DNA of 35,358 nt from positions 113,315,129 through 113,350,486 of the forward strand of contig NC_068986.1 of the NCBI RefSeq assembly GCF_001194135.2, read 5' to 3'. Below are positions 12,168 to 25,672 of the stretch, piece after piece (positions within the stretch are counted from its first letter, which is position 1; each line of letters starts with the position of its first letter). The translations under genes were made by a program, and so were the position numbers. Source of the DNA: Octopus bimaculoides. Its lineage: Eukaryota. The notes beneath the pieces were generated by a model. That model searched no databases. It worked only from the letters and a program-made list of their open reading frames with translations, and was not told the origin of the DNA.

Positions 12168-13941
12168 TGTACATATGCTTACGTATATGTGTGCGTGAGT
12201 GTATAGATGTATGCATTCTTGTGAGCATGTATGTATACGCACCACTGTGTATACAGAAAAGTGTGCATGTATGTTTATGGTGACTGAGTGTGTTTGTTAA
12301 CGTATAAATAAGATTCCATCTTCAATATATTCATAACTCTCATCGTTCGTTCATTCGTTTTTCAATGTTTTTCCTTCTACTTTTATTTCAGTAAAGATTT
12401 CAGTCTAATAGACTATAACAACCGTGAACGCTATTTCTTTACTGCTGTATTTCCATATTCTATAAATGGTATATTTGCTTTGAGCATATTGTAAGAATTA
12501 AAACACCGCAAACAACAATTCTATGAGTGATACAACTGAAATTATATGCCTTTTATATGAACAATTCTTTTCATATTCACTCCTGGGATTTCAGAGTAAC
12601 ATAAATAATGAATACACAGCTGAATAGATAAATAAGCAGAAATATATAAATAAAGAGTTTGCCTAAGTAATCGATAGTGACTTCGATAGATATATAAATG
12701 AAGTTGTATAAAGCTATGCAGACAAAAGTCTTTGTGCGTGTATGTGTGTATGTTTTCGTTTTTGTGTGTTTGTATATATATCTATATCTACATGCATATA
12801 TATTCTCACATATGCTTATATATATATACAGATATGTATATATATATATATATAAATATGTATATATATATATATATNNNNNNNNNNNNNNNNNNNNNNN
12901 NNNNNNNNNNNNNNNNNNNNNNNNNNNNNNNNNNNNNNNNNNNNNNNNNNNNNNNNNNNNNNNNNNNNNNNNNNNNNNNNNNNNNNNNNNNNNNNNNNNN
13001 ATATATATACATATATATATATACATATATATATATGTATGTATATGCTTTATATATGCGTTTTATATATATATGTTGTACAGACGACTAAAGACGAACG
13101 TTATATTTTGTTTGTTTCGATATTTATATGTTTGTTTCCATTGTTTGTTTTGAATTCATGTTCAAAACTTAAAATGTAATTTCAGACACTAACAATACAT
13201 TTGCGAGCGGCAAGTACGCTCAGAACCCACAAAGCACTTTATGCCAATATATCTCTAACCAAAGTGAATAAGATAATGGAAGGGCACAAAATTGCCTACA
13301 CATCTACAAGTCTGCTTTTACTATTCATTTAGTGTCTAACATAATGTTTACACTCTTTATTTGATTTTTTAAAGTTTTCTTTTTGTTATATTTCTGTTTT
13401 AAATTGTTGCATTATTTTCAAGTTTTTATAAATTCCTGCGCTTGTTTCAGTTTAAAATTAGCTTTAAGTGAAACCATTCACAATCAATGCAAGTGGACGA
13501 TAAGACAAAATTACGAGACGTTCCGTACAGAGGTGGATTTATTTCAGTTCGTTCAAATGTTTAATATCATTGGGCAAGGCTCGAATACGGCTTCAACTTC
13601 TTTCATCAACCAACATCGTTTTCTTTTCAGACCATTAATTATCTCAAAGTCAACGTCATTCAGAGAATGTGATTTAAGAAATATTTGACTGCCGTTTCTG
13701 AGTCAGAAATCCATGTAGAGGCGCACTCGTCGACTCCTTGAGATACCTGCTTCTCTGTAGAATCATTGTTCAACGACGTCATTAATACTCAGTCTTGCAC
13801 TGCAACAAAATATTCAAGAATTTGGAAAAAACGGAGGTGGTAGAGCTTGGTTTTTCATCTATATAGAAATAGAAGCCCGTTCAGTTTTCAAAGAAAACTT
13901 TCTATATTGAAGGCGAAAGGAGCACATTCCGATCTTCCTTA

Positions 13942-13944
<3 letters not shown>

Positions 13945-13972
<28 letters not shown>

Positions 13973-14010
13973 GCTTTCTTCCTTGCTTTCTTTCTTTCTT
14001 TTCTTTTTGC
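13945..14010. repeat. (TTTC)n tract
   Basis: Directly visible. Confidence 0.9.
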
Positions 14011-14346
14011 CTAGTAAATGTTTAGAGTAGAGATGCGATTTTATCATCACTTGATATGATTAGCTTTGACCTAGTGTTCAACATCAACAAAATATGTCAC
14101 GCAAAAATCAGTCTCTTTTTTTTTCTGTTGTCACGTTGTATACTTAAATCCTAGAAGCATAAATATGAGTTTTCCAAGCAGAGATAATAGCTGAAATTGT
14201 GGTTATTGATCTCTCTTTATAGAGACAGATAAAGATTAGCATGTCAGATTAATTCCACAAGTCCCGAAAGGCTATTTGGCTACTTTCAGTGGACTATCTA
14301 ATGTAACAACAAATCGATACACAACACACACATAAATGCATGCATG

Positions 14347-14382
<36 letters not shown>

Positions 14383-14726
14383 CGCACACACACACACACA
14401 TACATACATACACACACACACATACACANNNNNNNNNNNNNNNNNNNNNNNNNNNNNNNNNNNNNNNNNNNNNNNNNNNNNNNNNNNNNNNNNNNNNNNN
14501 NNNNNNNNNNNNNNNNNNNNNNNNNNNNNNNNNNNNNNNNNNNNNNNNNNNNNNNNNNNNNNNNNNNNNNNNNNNNNNNNNNNNNNNNNNNNNNNNNNNN
14601 NNNNNNNNNNNNNNNNNNNNNNNNNNNNNNNNNNNNNNNNNNNNNNNNNNNNNNNNNNNNNNNNNNNNNNNNNNNNNNNNNNNNNNNNNNNNNNNNNNNN
14701 NNNNNNNNNNNNNNNNNNNNNNNNNN

Positions 14727-14886
14727 CACCGGTAATATTTCCACTTATTTTTCTTTTTATTTTCCTAAAATCTTTGTTGCGTCTTGCAGCCTTATCAGTA
14801 ATCTTGACTGACTATTGAATACGTTGCAAGACACAACGAAAAGTTTAGGAAAATAAAAAGAAAAGTAAGTGGAAATTTTACCGGTG
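14727..14886. mobile_element. 160-bp palindromic (hairpin) MITE-like element
   Basis: Arms 14727-14790 and 14823-14886 match 57/64 without gaps around a 32-nt loop. Confidence 0.75.
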
Positions 14887-14939
14887 TGTGTGTTAAATTT
14901 TAAGGCACAATATGAAAATGACTCTCCCCAGACACAGCA

Positions 14940-14973
<34 letters not shown>

Positions 14974-15471
14974 TCGTCCATTCATTACACTTTCCTGGCA
15001 TGCCATAATACGGCGTGCAGTCCAGCTGTGTTACAGGTCAGCATCACATAAATACACAGTGGACTGCAGCTTGATGACACACACACATACGCACATGCAC
15101 GCACGCACATACACACACGCACATCGATGCACACATATATGTGTGTATATATGTATGTATTCAATATCTAAAAAATTCATTTCTGTTATATCGATCTGCC
15201 TTACCACCCATGCTTACATAAAAAATTAATTCTCAATATTTTAAAGTTGCACAGATTTTGATAAAAATACACGGCTCCATAAACGTAAGAAACGTTGTTG
15301 TGTTTGGTCATAAAATGTTTACAACGTTTCTGTAATCTAAACTGAATCTAAATATTCCATGGGCAGAAAAAACTACAATTTTCGATAATGAATTTTGATT
15401 TGATTTGAAAATCTGTAATGATATCTCTACTGCCGCACCGTCTTAAATTTGTTTGTATATGTGTATATAAA

Positions 15472-15678
15472 GGCTGCGAGCTGGCAGAATATTTAGCACG
15501 TCGGACAAAGTGTTTAGTGTCATTTCTTTTTTTCTTTACGTGCAGAGTAAACTCCGAGGTCGAATTTGCTTTTCCTCACTTTCGGGATCGATAAATTAAG
15601 TACCATCCAAGCACGGGACTCAACGTAATCGACTTAAGCCGAGCCCGAAATTGCCGGCTTTCTGTCAAAATATGAAAT
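15472..15678 (+). mobile_element. tRNA-derived SINE, family 2, degenerate
   Basis: ggctgcgagctggcagaa..ccgaggtcga..tttcgggatcgataaattaagtacca, collinear with 27490-27723. Confidence 0.75.
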
Positions 15679-15899
15679 CAATTGGCTAATACATATACGC
15701 ACATGCACAATATAAGCACAAGGACGTAACTCTGCACATATCATATAAGTCAGAGGGTGTCAGCTACAAGAAACACTCCTGAATTTGTATGAAAGTGAAT
15801 TTTCTCACTTGAAATTATATTTTCAATTGAGTCGAAAACCTGTCATGTAGTTTAACTAACGGAACTTGGTGTCTGCTTTATTCCGAGGAATAAATGTAA

Positions 15900-16600
15900 T
15901 ACCCGAAACTCCGAGAGGTTGGAGGCCTTGGATTTTCTAAATGCAATCGAAAATGTAGATTATGTCATTTTTCTGTGGAAGACATAACCCATGTGATTAG
16001 CACCATCCGCAATATTTTATGAAAATACTTGCCTCACTATGCGACACAACGTTGTCGCAAAATACTAGAGGGAATGCCATGCGGAAAAAGGGCTGTTTTG
16101 GAATAAATATAATGAACGGCTTGTTTTTGAAGACATACACCAAAAGAAAAAAATGGCATAAATAATATTGTTAGATCATTCCCATCAACATATCAGTTAA
16201 GTGGAAATATATCAGGTGGAATATTGTTGTTTCAGACAGACAAAAGAAAGTATACACCGTCATATCGGTCAACTATTCTACTGATGCGAATATTTTCAGA
16301 ATAACAAAGCGAAAGAGGATAACTGCTTCGAAACAACCAGTTTCTATATCCAGATCTAAATTCACATTTATACCAATAATACTCGGTGCAGTTGATTTTG
16401 TGAGTAAACGCCTCAGTGACAATCTAGAGAAGCTCGGACTTTCAGAAAAAGAAATTAACCAACTAACGAACACTTTACAAAAACAATCTGCAAGTTGGAC
16501 AGCAAAAATATGTCAGACGTTTCACGATTTCAAAATGTGACATTGATTTTGTTATCTAACTTCCAACGACAGACTTTTGCGTCTTTGTTACAAACCAGTT
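15900..16600 (+). mobile_element. Decayed 3' part of an RLE-type non-LTR retrotransposon (R4/NeSL/HERO-like)
   Basis: KCRLCHFSVEDITHVIS (CCHC-knuckle-like, CRLC at 15954), frameshifted MRHNVVAK, then KFTFIPIILGAVDFVSKRLSDNLEKLGLSEKE..KICQTFHDFKM* (stop 16538-16540); many stops and frameshifts. Confidence 0.78.
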
Positions 16601-17407
16601 CCTTTCTAATAGAATGAAGTTAAATAGTTTAAAACAGAAGAGAACACAAACACACACACACATACACACACATATCGTCAGTGTCGATATATGATGTATG
16701 TGTGTGTGTGTGTGTAACCATATACCACAGTACTACATATAACCGTATAACAATAAGCAATGTACCAAAAGTTGATTATCTTATAACCGTTCGCACAATA
16801 ACAACCCAATACTTCAACGCCCAGTCATTGACGAGACTAACGCTCTCACAGTTCGACCTCAACAGTCTATTGGCTTATCTGTTTATAAGACTCGTCTAAT
16901 CCACTGACAATCATTTTCGTGGGTGTCATTTCACTCCAATATATCTCCCCTGTTAAAATTTACACTTCTGGGAAAGTAAGGATATACACATTTATATATT
17001 TTAATATCTTTCTAATTTCTCCTACACATCTCGCCTTTAGAAAAAAATCAACTCCGAACGGATTTCAATACTTTTCTCTCTTTGGGTCAACCATTAAATG
17101 CTCCTGAAATTTCCTCTTTCTCTTTCTCCGGTAATGATACTTCAAACATATTCTACATAAAATCCATCGGTTCTTCAATTATTTTATTATTATCCTCGAT
17201 TATCTTTTTCTCAACTGATTTGCATTCGTTTGAAATTGAAACTCTGCCCTTTCGCCTTTTATACCAGAAAAATCATTTTTTCTAATTTTATTACAAATAC
17301 TGCCGTCCTTCCACGATTGTTTTCCATATCTGTATGTTTTAATAAGCACTTTTTCACCTATTTTGTCATTATTGTTACCCCAAACCTACACATATGTAAG
17401 TCTACAT

Positions 17408-17566
17408 AGGCGTGGCTGTGTGATAGAAATCTTCCTTTCCAACCACATGATTCCGCCTTCAATCCTACAACGTTGCACCTGGGGCGAGTGTCTCCTACTA
17501 TAGCCTCTAGCCGACCAAAGCCTTGTGAGGGGATTTAGTAGACGGAAGCTGAAAGAAGTCTATCGT
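17408..17566 (+). mobile_element. tRNA-derived SINE, family 1, with (AT)n tail
   Basis: aggcgtggctgtgtg A-box-like start, degenerate B box, ggcgagtgtctcctactatagcc..ccgaccaaagccttgtgag body; related copies at 10925 and 19688. Confidence 0.75.
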
Positions 17567-18212
17567 ATATATATATATATATATNNNNNNNNNNNNNNNN
17601 NNNNNNNNNNNNNNNNNNNNNNNNNNNNNNNNNNNNNNNNNNNNNNNNNNNNNNNNNNNNNNNNNNNNNNNNNNNNNNNNNNNNNNNNNNNNNNNNNNNN
17701 NNNNNNNNNNNNNNNNNNNNNNNNNNNNNNNNNNNNNNNNNNNNNNNNNNNNNNNNNNNNNNNNNNNNNNNNNNNNNNNNNNNNNNNNNNNNNNNNNNNN
17801 NNNNNNNNNNNNNNNNNNNNNNNNNNNNNNNNNNNNNNNNNNNNNNNNNNNNNNNNNNNNNNNNNNNNNNNNNNNNNNNNNNNNNNNNNNNNNNNNNNNN
17901 NNNNNNNNNNNNNNNNNNNNNNNNNNNNNNNNNNNNNNNNNNNNNNNNNNNNNNNNNNNNNNNNNNNNNNNNNNNNNNNNNNNNNNNNNNNNNNNNNNNN
18001 NNNNNNNNNNNNNNNNNNNNNNNNNNNNNNNNNNNNNNNNNNNNNNNNNNNNNNNNNNNNNNNNNNNNNNNNNNNNNNNNNNNNNNNNNNNNNNNNNNNN
18101 NNNNNNNNNNNNNNNNNNNNNNNNNNNNNNNNNNNNNNNNNNNNNNNNNNNNNNNNNNNNNNNNNNNNTGCATACAGATATCTATACATATATACACCCA
18201 TCACACACACAT

Positions 18213-18278
<66 letters not shown>

Positions 18279-18315
18279 ATGTGTGTGTGTGTGTGTGTGT
18301 GTATGTGTGTTTGTA

Positions 18316-18772
18316 CAAAGTATGGGGGTTTAGTTCACAGGTAATCTAAACGATTAGGTACGCAAGTTAAATGCTTATACGGATTACTAGCACCCCAAGG
18401 TTATATCCGAGGCGATAGTAATGGAGTCATTGCAGATTTCCGATGCAGCAGATATATAATTGTTAAAGAAGACAACAAACGTTAAGGCGAGGCAATTATC
18501 TCAAGTCCTATACATTATTATTATTGGAAAAAATTTCCAAGTCTTACACCTGTTCCTGGGGTATCCCCGATTATCGGATATTCCGTCATCAGAGACAGGC
18601 AGTGAAAATGAGAAGGGTATGGTTTAATGAAATGGTGACATAGAGGACAGGAGTAAAAGAATAAGGAGATGGAAAGAGATAAGAAAAAAGAAGTATAAAA
18701 GTTCACTGTTCAACTTTCCGATGTTGTAGAAATAACTGCATAAATCCTTCGGTGAAATCCTGCGTAGATCCA
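18316..18772 (+). mobile_element. Foldback element copy B (truncated), same family as 2060-2660
   Basis: 18316-18363 is identical (48/48) to the reverse complement of 2613-2660; similarity continues to gcgtagatcc at about 18771; preceded by TA (18314-18315). Confidence 0.8.
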
Positions 18773-19687
18773 TGTGGGCTAAATTGGTGATGTTATAAAC
18801 ATCTCGAAAAAAATAAACGCGAACCTATCAACGTTCAATAACTTTGTGCACACATTTATCAGTATAGATATGCGTTCACATACATACACATATATTTACA
18901 CAGCAGCATGCTTACATTCATACCTACGTATCTATATATTTGCACTCATACACCCGTAAACACCAAACCTACCTATATACGCCGTCGCTTACCGGTTCGT
19001 GTGTCTATATACACACACATTCACATGTGCACACATAAACGCCAACACACGCGCGCGCACCCCCATCAACCTCAGTGTGTATATATCCAAATCTATATAT
19101 TCTTTCTGTCTCATTAGTTATTCATGCAGTAACATTTTTTGTTAATATATTCTAGTGACAAACGATCGCATTCAAAAGTATCATACATGAACATATATTG
19201 CAAAATATAAGCATAATTAAAAACATTTTTTGTCTCTTTACTTAATCATTCTGCTACGATCTTTTTTTTTTAACTACACTCAAGTGACTCACGGTTGCGT
19301 TCTGAAATTATCATATATGAACGTATTTAAATATATGATTATATCACTTCATATTTAAACATATAAACAAATTCACACACATGTAGCAAAAGTTTGGACA
19401 TACTTAAAAAAACATGATGTATAAGATATGAATGTTCATCCAATTGTCTATACCATGTTCAACAATAATATCAATGACCCATAAAGGATAATCGCATCAT
19501 GGGTCGAAACGATAGTCGTACAAGATAAAGTGTTATAACAAATCCGTCTTCTCTTTACTTAATCGATTATCTCAAGTGACATTGTGAATTTCCTGCAGTA
19601 GACCCAACAGAAATAGACCCCCAGCTGTGGATGACAGCAGGTTGCCTAAACTGTACCAGTGTTTTTCTCAACACATTAGCGCACTAA

Positions 19688-19758
19688 AGTAAGAATAATT
19701 GCTTACCAATGACGTGGTTCCGGGTTCAGTCCCAATGCGTAGTAACTTGGGCAAGTGT
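19688..19758 (+). mobile_element. SINE family 1, 5' fragment
   Basis: gtggttccgggttcagtccc..acttgggcaagtgt (B-box-like plus body start). Confidence 0.6.
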
Positions 19759-19825
19759 TAGACAACATTACACTATTACATATATGCGTAAATGCAATAT
19801 ATAAGTAAAATTTCGCAGACATACT

Positions 19826-19861
<36 letters not shown>

Positions 19862-20377
19862 NNNNNNNNNNNNNNNNNNNNNNNNNNNNNNNNNNNNNNN
19901 NNNNNNNNNNNNNNNNNNNNNNNNNNNNNNNNNNNNNNNNNNNNNNNNNNNNNNNNNNNNNNNNNNNNNNNNNNNNNNNNNNNNNNNNNNNNNNNNNNNN
20001 NNNNNNNNNNNNNNNNNNNNNNNNNNNNNNNNNNNNNNNNNNNNNNNNNNNNNNNNNNNNNNNNNNNNNNNNNNNNNNNNNNNNNNNNNNNNNNNNNNNN
20101 NNNNNNNNNNNNNNNNNNNNNNNNNNNNNNNNNNNNNNNNNNNNNNNNNNNNNNNNNNNNNNNNNNNNNNNNNNNNNNNNNNNNNNNNNNNNNNNNNNNN
20201 NNNNNNNNNNNNNNNNNNNNNNNNNNNNNNNNNNNNNNNNNNNNNNNNNNNNNNNNNNNNNNNNNNNNNNNNNNNNNNNNNNNNNNNNNNNNNNNNNNNN
20301 NNNNNNNNNNNNNNNNNNNNNNNNNNNNNNNNNNNNNNNNNNNNNNNNNNNNNNNTACATGCATAATACAAACACAT

Positions 20378-20423
<46 letters not shown>

Positions 20424-20821
20424 TCACACATATTTTCAGGTATATTTATTTGTGTTGTATGTCAGTATATGCGTACTTTCGTATATGCAATTATTAAGAT
20501 GCATATGTTCGTACGTATTATAGTGGAATACAATGACAAACAGCATGATGAGTTAGGTAATTTGAACAAACATACTCCACGGTTCTATCAAACTCGTCTC
20601 GCAGTAATGAAAACTGACAACATTCCGTTAATCTTGTCTCCGTTGCTTTATGAAATTTTGTTTCTCAACAAACTATTTCCATGTTTTACTAATTCCCATG
20701 CATATACTTATTTATTATATTCAACCGAAAACCGAAGCTCTTTGTTGCATATTATTATGAACACAGCATACATGTAAGAGTAGATTTTGTAGGCATACCA
20801 TAGTAACCACTTCTTGATAAG

Positions 20822-20830
20822 AATAATAAC

Positions 20831-20877
<47 letters not shown>

Positions 20878-20895
20878 TAATAATGATAATAATAA
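20822..20895. repeat. (AAT)n microsatellite
   Basis: Directly visible. Confidence 0.95.
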
Positions 20896-21636
20896 ATACA
20901 TACATGCATACAAACATGCATATGTACATACACATGCACTTACATGCGTATATATGTATAACTTTTCTTGTTTTAGATTACCAAACTGACTAGAAATCTA
21001 TAAAATTTAACGGTGAGCACAAAGTGAAAACTATAAAATCAAGAAACGTAAAAATGCTTCGTTTTGTTTCTTTTTTTTATCCCGAAATACATTCTTGCAA
21101 CGTTTGGAGCATGTTGCTCTATTGGGAATTTAATTTGTAGTAATTAGCTAAACGTGCACCATTTTATTTATATTTTTTTTCCTTCTGGAAGGAACTTGTA
21201 TTCGTTCGACTTTTAGACATTCTATCCGATACGTATTCTTAAAGCACAAAATTTCTGCCAGATTTTAAAATATTATTTTATAACATTCTGTTCCTCCATA
21301 ATTACGATGAGAGACTTTACGACTACCAGCTACATGTTAAACACGTGGTACATTGTGAGCCTCAGGTTATCGATCTACATGATTGAAATAACTGTCTCTT
21401 TTCATTCGAATCAAATGTTCTAAAAAATCATGGTCCATTAGATAAACCCTTTTGGCGCTCAGGACTTAAGAAAACTAACTTGATGTTCCGGGGTGGAATG
21501 AGATGCAGTTGATAATAAATTTGATAAATTAGGGTTTTATCTTGGACTGTTTAAATACAATAATAGTTTAAAATCTTGACATGCGGCCAGTAAATGTTGA
21601 GGTGAGTGGAAAATTGATTAGGTCTATCCAAGGTTC

Positions 21637-21755
21637 TTATTTGGTACTCCATTTATCGACTTAGAGAAAGTGAGAAGTACATTCGGCCTCGGCAGAATCT
21701 GAACTCTGAACGTAAGACGGACGAAATGCAGCTATGCATTCTATCCACTCGTTGA
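21637..21755 (-). mobile_element. SINE family 2, degenerate fragment
   Basis: ggtact..atttatcgac..cctcggcagaatctgaactctgaacgtaagacggacgaaatgc matches the reverse complement of the 27490 copy. Confidence 0.65.
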
Positions 21756-21999
21756 CAAACTCAACTAAAATAATAAACAAAGCAAATAACTACGGACCAC
21801 ACAGTGCGTGTGTAGGCGGTTGCTTGATGTGCTTGAATTAGCAGCAAAAAATCCTTTAAATCTAATCCTATATTTTCAGAGGGGGAATTATCGAATAAAC
21901 TATTCATAAATACAAACAAGACGGGAAGCACGCATATGAAACGATTTCGATCATAGTCTGCCATCTTAAAGATTGGTGTTGTACTAAACAACATGTATA

Positions 22000-22955
22000 G
22001 TAACTCATAAACATATACCATCACCACGACTACTTTCACCTATACCACAACTATGAATAAGGCAACCAGTGTTATCCCTCATCGTCACAATGGTCAACCC
22101 TCTTCAGGATCACTATGACTATGACATTACTGCAGTTTACTGTTTGCCATTATTGCAAACACTAGCACGACCACTACAACCGAGACCACTACAACCAAGA
22201 CCACTGCAGCCACAATCACATTGCGACAACCAGAAATATAAATCGAACAACCACTACTGCACCCGATATTCACACGAACTACATCAACTACATCCCAAAC
22301 CATAAACTATACAACAAGCACAACACCACAAGCACTACAACTGAAATTGTTGTCACCAGCACACAAACACCTATCACTACGACCAACAAAACCATGGCCA
22401 CCACCACGAAAATGACTCTCAGATCTGCTACCATCACCACAACACCTGAAGCACAACAACCATGGGTATCAATCTCATTACAAATAAATCTACCCCGCCA
22501 CTACGGCATCATCCCATCACCATCATCCCATCACCATCATCCCACACCATTACCACCATCTCCATCACCACCATCACCACCATCACCACCATCACCGTCA
22601 CCATCACTACCACCACCACCCAAATCACAATCACCAACAGAAACTTCGCAACAACATAGTTTTCCTCCAATCAACAATTCTATCAACATTAATTAAAATA
22701 ATCAATAATAGCAGTAATTAAATTAAAATAACTTCCTTCTATAACGGCCAGAACAGCACCACCACTACCACCACCACCACCATCAACACACCACTGTCTC
22801 CACCACCATCACCGGTACCATATCCAACAGCACCGTCAACACCACCACCAACTCAGCAACCAGCACGTTGAAATCAGTAACAGCCAACCTACTACCGCAA
22901 CGACAACCATTTCGGTAATAACATCACCACTAATACTATCATCATCATCATCATC

Positions 22956-22991
<36 letters not shown>

Positions 22992-22992
22992 G

Positions 22993-23031
<39 letters not shown>

Positions 23032-23361
23032 CCAACACCACCACCACCACCACACTGGCTGCTGAAAGCACCGCTACGAAAGCGGTCACTGGTAATAGTA
23101 CTATCACCACTATCGCCTCCAACATCAAAGATTATTAAGAATACGCCAGAAAGATCCATACCACTGCTGCAGCACTCACCACTCCAGCAGAAAAGATCGC
23201 GCTAAACTCTCACCACTCTCTCCACCACCATCTCAACCACCATCACCACCAAAGCCACCACTACCACCACCACCACCATCACCACTACCACCATCACCAC
23301 CATCACAAACCATCACCCCCACCACAGCCACCATCAGCACTACCATCACCACCATCACCCG
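22000..23361. repeat. Degenerate (CAC/CAT/ACT)n low-complexity tract, including (CAT)n at about 22940-23030
   Basis: Directly visible; Thr/Pro/His-rich translations are broken by stops and frame changes. Confidence 0.85.
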
Positions 23362-23632
23362 CAGCCTGCTCGTGAAATTAACGTGCAAGTGGCTGAGCAC
23401 TCCACAGACACGTGCACCATTAACGTAGTTCTCAGGGAGATTCAGAGTACCACAGAGTGTGACAAAGATGGCCCTTTGAATTACAGGTACTACTCATTTT
23501 CGCCACCTGAGTAGACTGGTGTAACGTGAAATAAAGTATCTTGCTCAAGGACACAAGGCGTCACCGGGAATTGAACTCACGACTTTACAATCATGAGTCA
23601 AGTGCTGTAATCACTAAGCTACGCGCCTTCAC
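23362..23632 (-). mobile_element. tRNA-derived SINE, family 3
   Basis: Minus strand: gtgaaggcgcgTAGCTTAGTGAttacagc.. (A box), GAGTTCAATTCCcgg (B box), then ccttgagcaagatactttatttcacg body; inserted in the CAC tract, which resumes at 23633. Confidence 0.8.
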
Positions 23633-24472
23633 CCCACTGTGATAACACACCAAAGTCACAAAGGCATCGTCAGGATTCTGCCCTCTTCCACCTCCGCCTC
23701 CTCTACCACCACATCCTCTTCCTCACCACCACCGCTACCATCACCAGCACCACCATCATCATCATGAATACGAGTTAAAGATACCACGGGGTGCATGTTC
23801 GGTTAGCTCATTATGGTGTCATAGAAAATAGATAAAAAGGAGAGAATCTCTAATATGAAATTCGATGTTAACAACGGACTGGTCACGGTCAGCTTACCTT
23901 GCATTCAGTCTGGGCTCATCTGACAACAGCAATAACGAGCGCAACAATAATAACATCACGTGATACCACAGCCGCTACAGGGTCGCAGAAAAGAAAAAAG
24001 CCATTGTTCTCATTTTAAATAAGACCAAAAGGCTTTGTAAATTAAGGACAGGACGGTTATGTGCTGCCACATTGACAGTGTAGAAGACATGGCAACAAAC
24101 CGTCATGACTGTGATCGCTCTGGCTTATTCATTCCTGAGTATCCGGGTGCTAAAAACAGATTCAGCAACGGGAGCCCCGGAACAACAGTTAATTATATCC
24201 CTCCCAGTAACCAATTCAGCAGCCACGGCAACAACGACAACAACAACAAAAACAACAAGATTATTATCGCCATAATTCCCCAGTTATTATTAGTTTAAAC
24301 ACACAGAAAAAAAGTCACATTCATTCCTAAACGTTGAAAGATGTTTAAATATCTTTGAATATATAAATACATAAACACACAGACATTTATGTGCACGGAC
24401 ATTTAAATGCATACATACATACATACATACATACATACATACATACATACTTATACAATGGAAGAGAAATGG

Positions 24473-24557
<85 letters not shown>

Positions 24558-25318
24558 GACGCAAGCCTATTCACAAACACACACGCCCTCACGAAACACA
24601 TACATATACATACATACAACCATGCTTATATACATGCACGTACACATATATAAATGCGATAAATATATTCAAGCACCTTGTCACACACATACGTCAAGCA
24701 TAAAACCTCGCACATATAGAGATGCGTATCCTTGTAAAGATATGCACGCAAGACAGAATATGTGGAGGGCGACCGAACACAGATATGAACGCTTAGAAAT
24801 ACAAACACAGAGTCGTAAGCATGAAATACACTCGTACCAACATGTGCACACGTACAGACTGGTGAATGTACAACACTATATTTTCTGTTCCATTATATTG
24901 ATTAAATACTCAGAGTTAAATATGCTGTGGAAGTTTGCGATATGTTAAAAGCTACTTACATATATACAAACTAAACAACTGTGCACACGTGCACGTTGTG
25001 TACATGCTGTTGCCTGTATATATGTTTCGTTTACGTATGTATACATATGTATGTGTATATACATACGTCTACACACAAACATACACACACGCGTGCATAC
25101 ACGTATACATAACACATGTATATGTATATTTATGTATGCGTGTGTGTGTGTATGTATATATNNNNNNNNNNNNNNNNNNNNNNNNNNNNNNNNNNNNNNN
25201 NNNNNNNNNNNNNNNNNNNNNNNNNNNNNNNNNNNNNNNNNNNNNNNNNNNNNNNNNNNNNNNNNNNNNNNNNNNNNNNNNNNNNNNNNNNNNNNNNNNN
25301 NNNNNNNNNNNNNNNNNN

Positions 25319-25349
<31 letters not shown>

Positions 25350-25498
25350 GAGAATATACAAATAATAACAACAGACGAGGACAGGTGGTGTAAATAACAA
25401 AAGTATATATTAGTATGACGCTCGGGAATACGGAAAGTCTTTATATTATACATATATCGATGTGTAACGGTTATCTGCATGTAAATGTATACATGCAT

Positions 25499-25553
<55 letters not shown>
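25499..25553. repeat. (AGAT)n microsatellite
   Basis: Directly visible. Confidence 0.95.
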
Positions 25554-25625
25554 TACATGTATCTACAGAGACAAACATGTTTACATATATTTGCCACTTG
25601 TTTATGAGTTATGAGAATATGAACG

Positions 25626-25672
<47 letters not shown>

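Noticed and set aside
13490-13830. Possible exon(s) on either strand with good acceptor sites
   Set aside because: Stops in all frames downstream of both acceptors; only a 40-aa unrecognised minus-strand ORF.
19476-19517. Hammerhead-like 3' half (7-bp stem gacccat/atgggtc, then GAAAC-gata-GTC)
   Set aside because: No CUGANGA upstream and no stem I.
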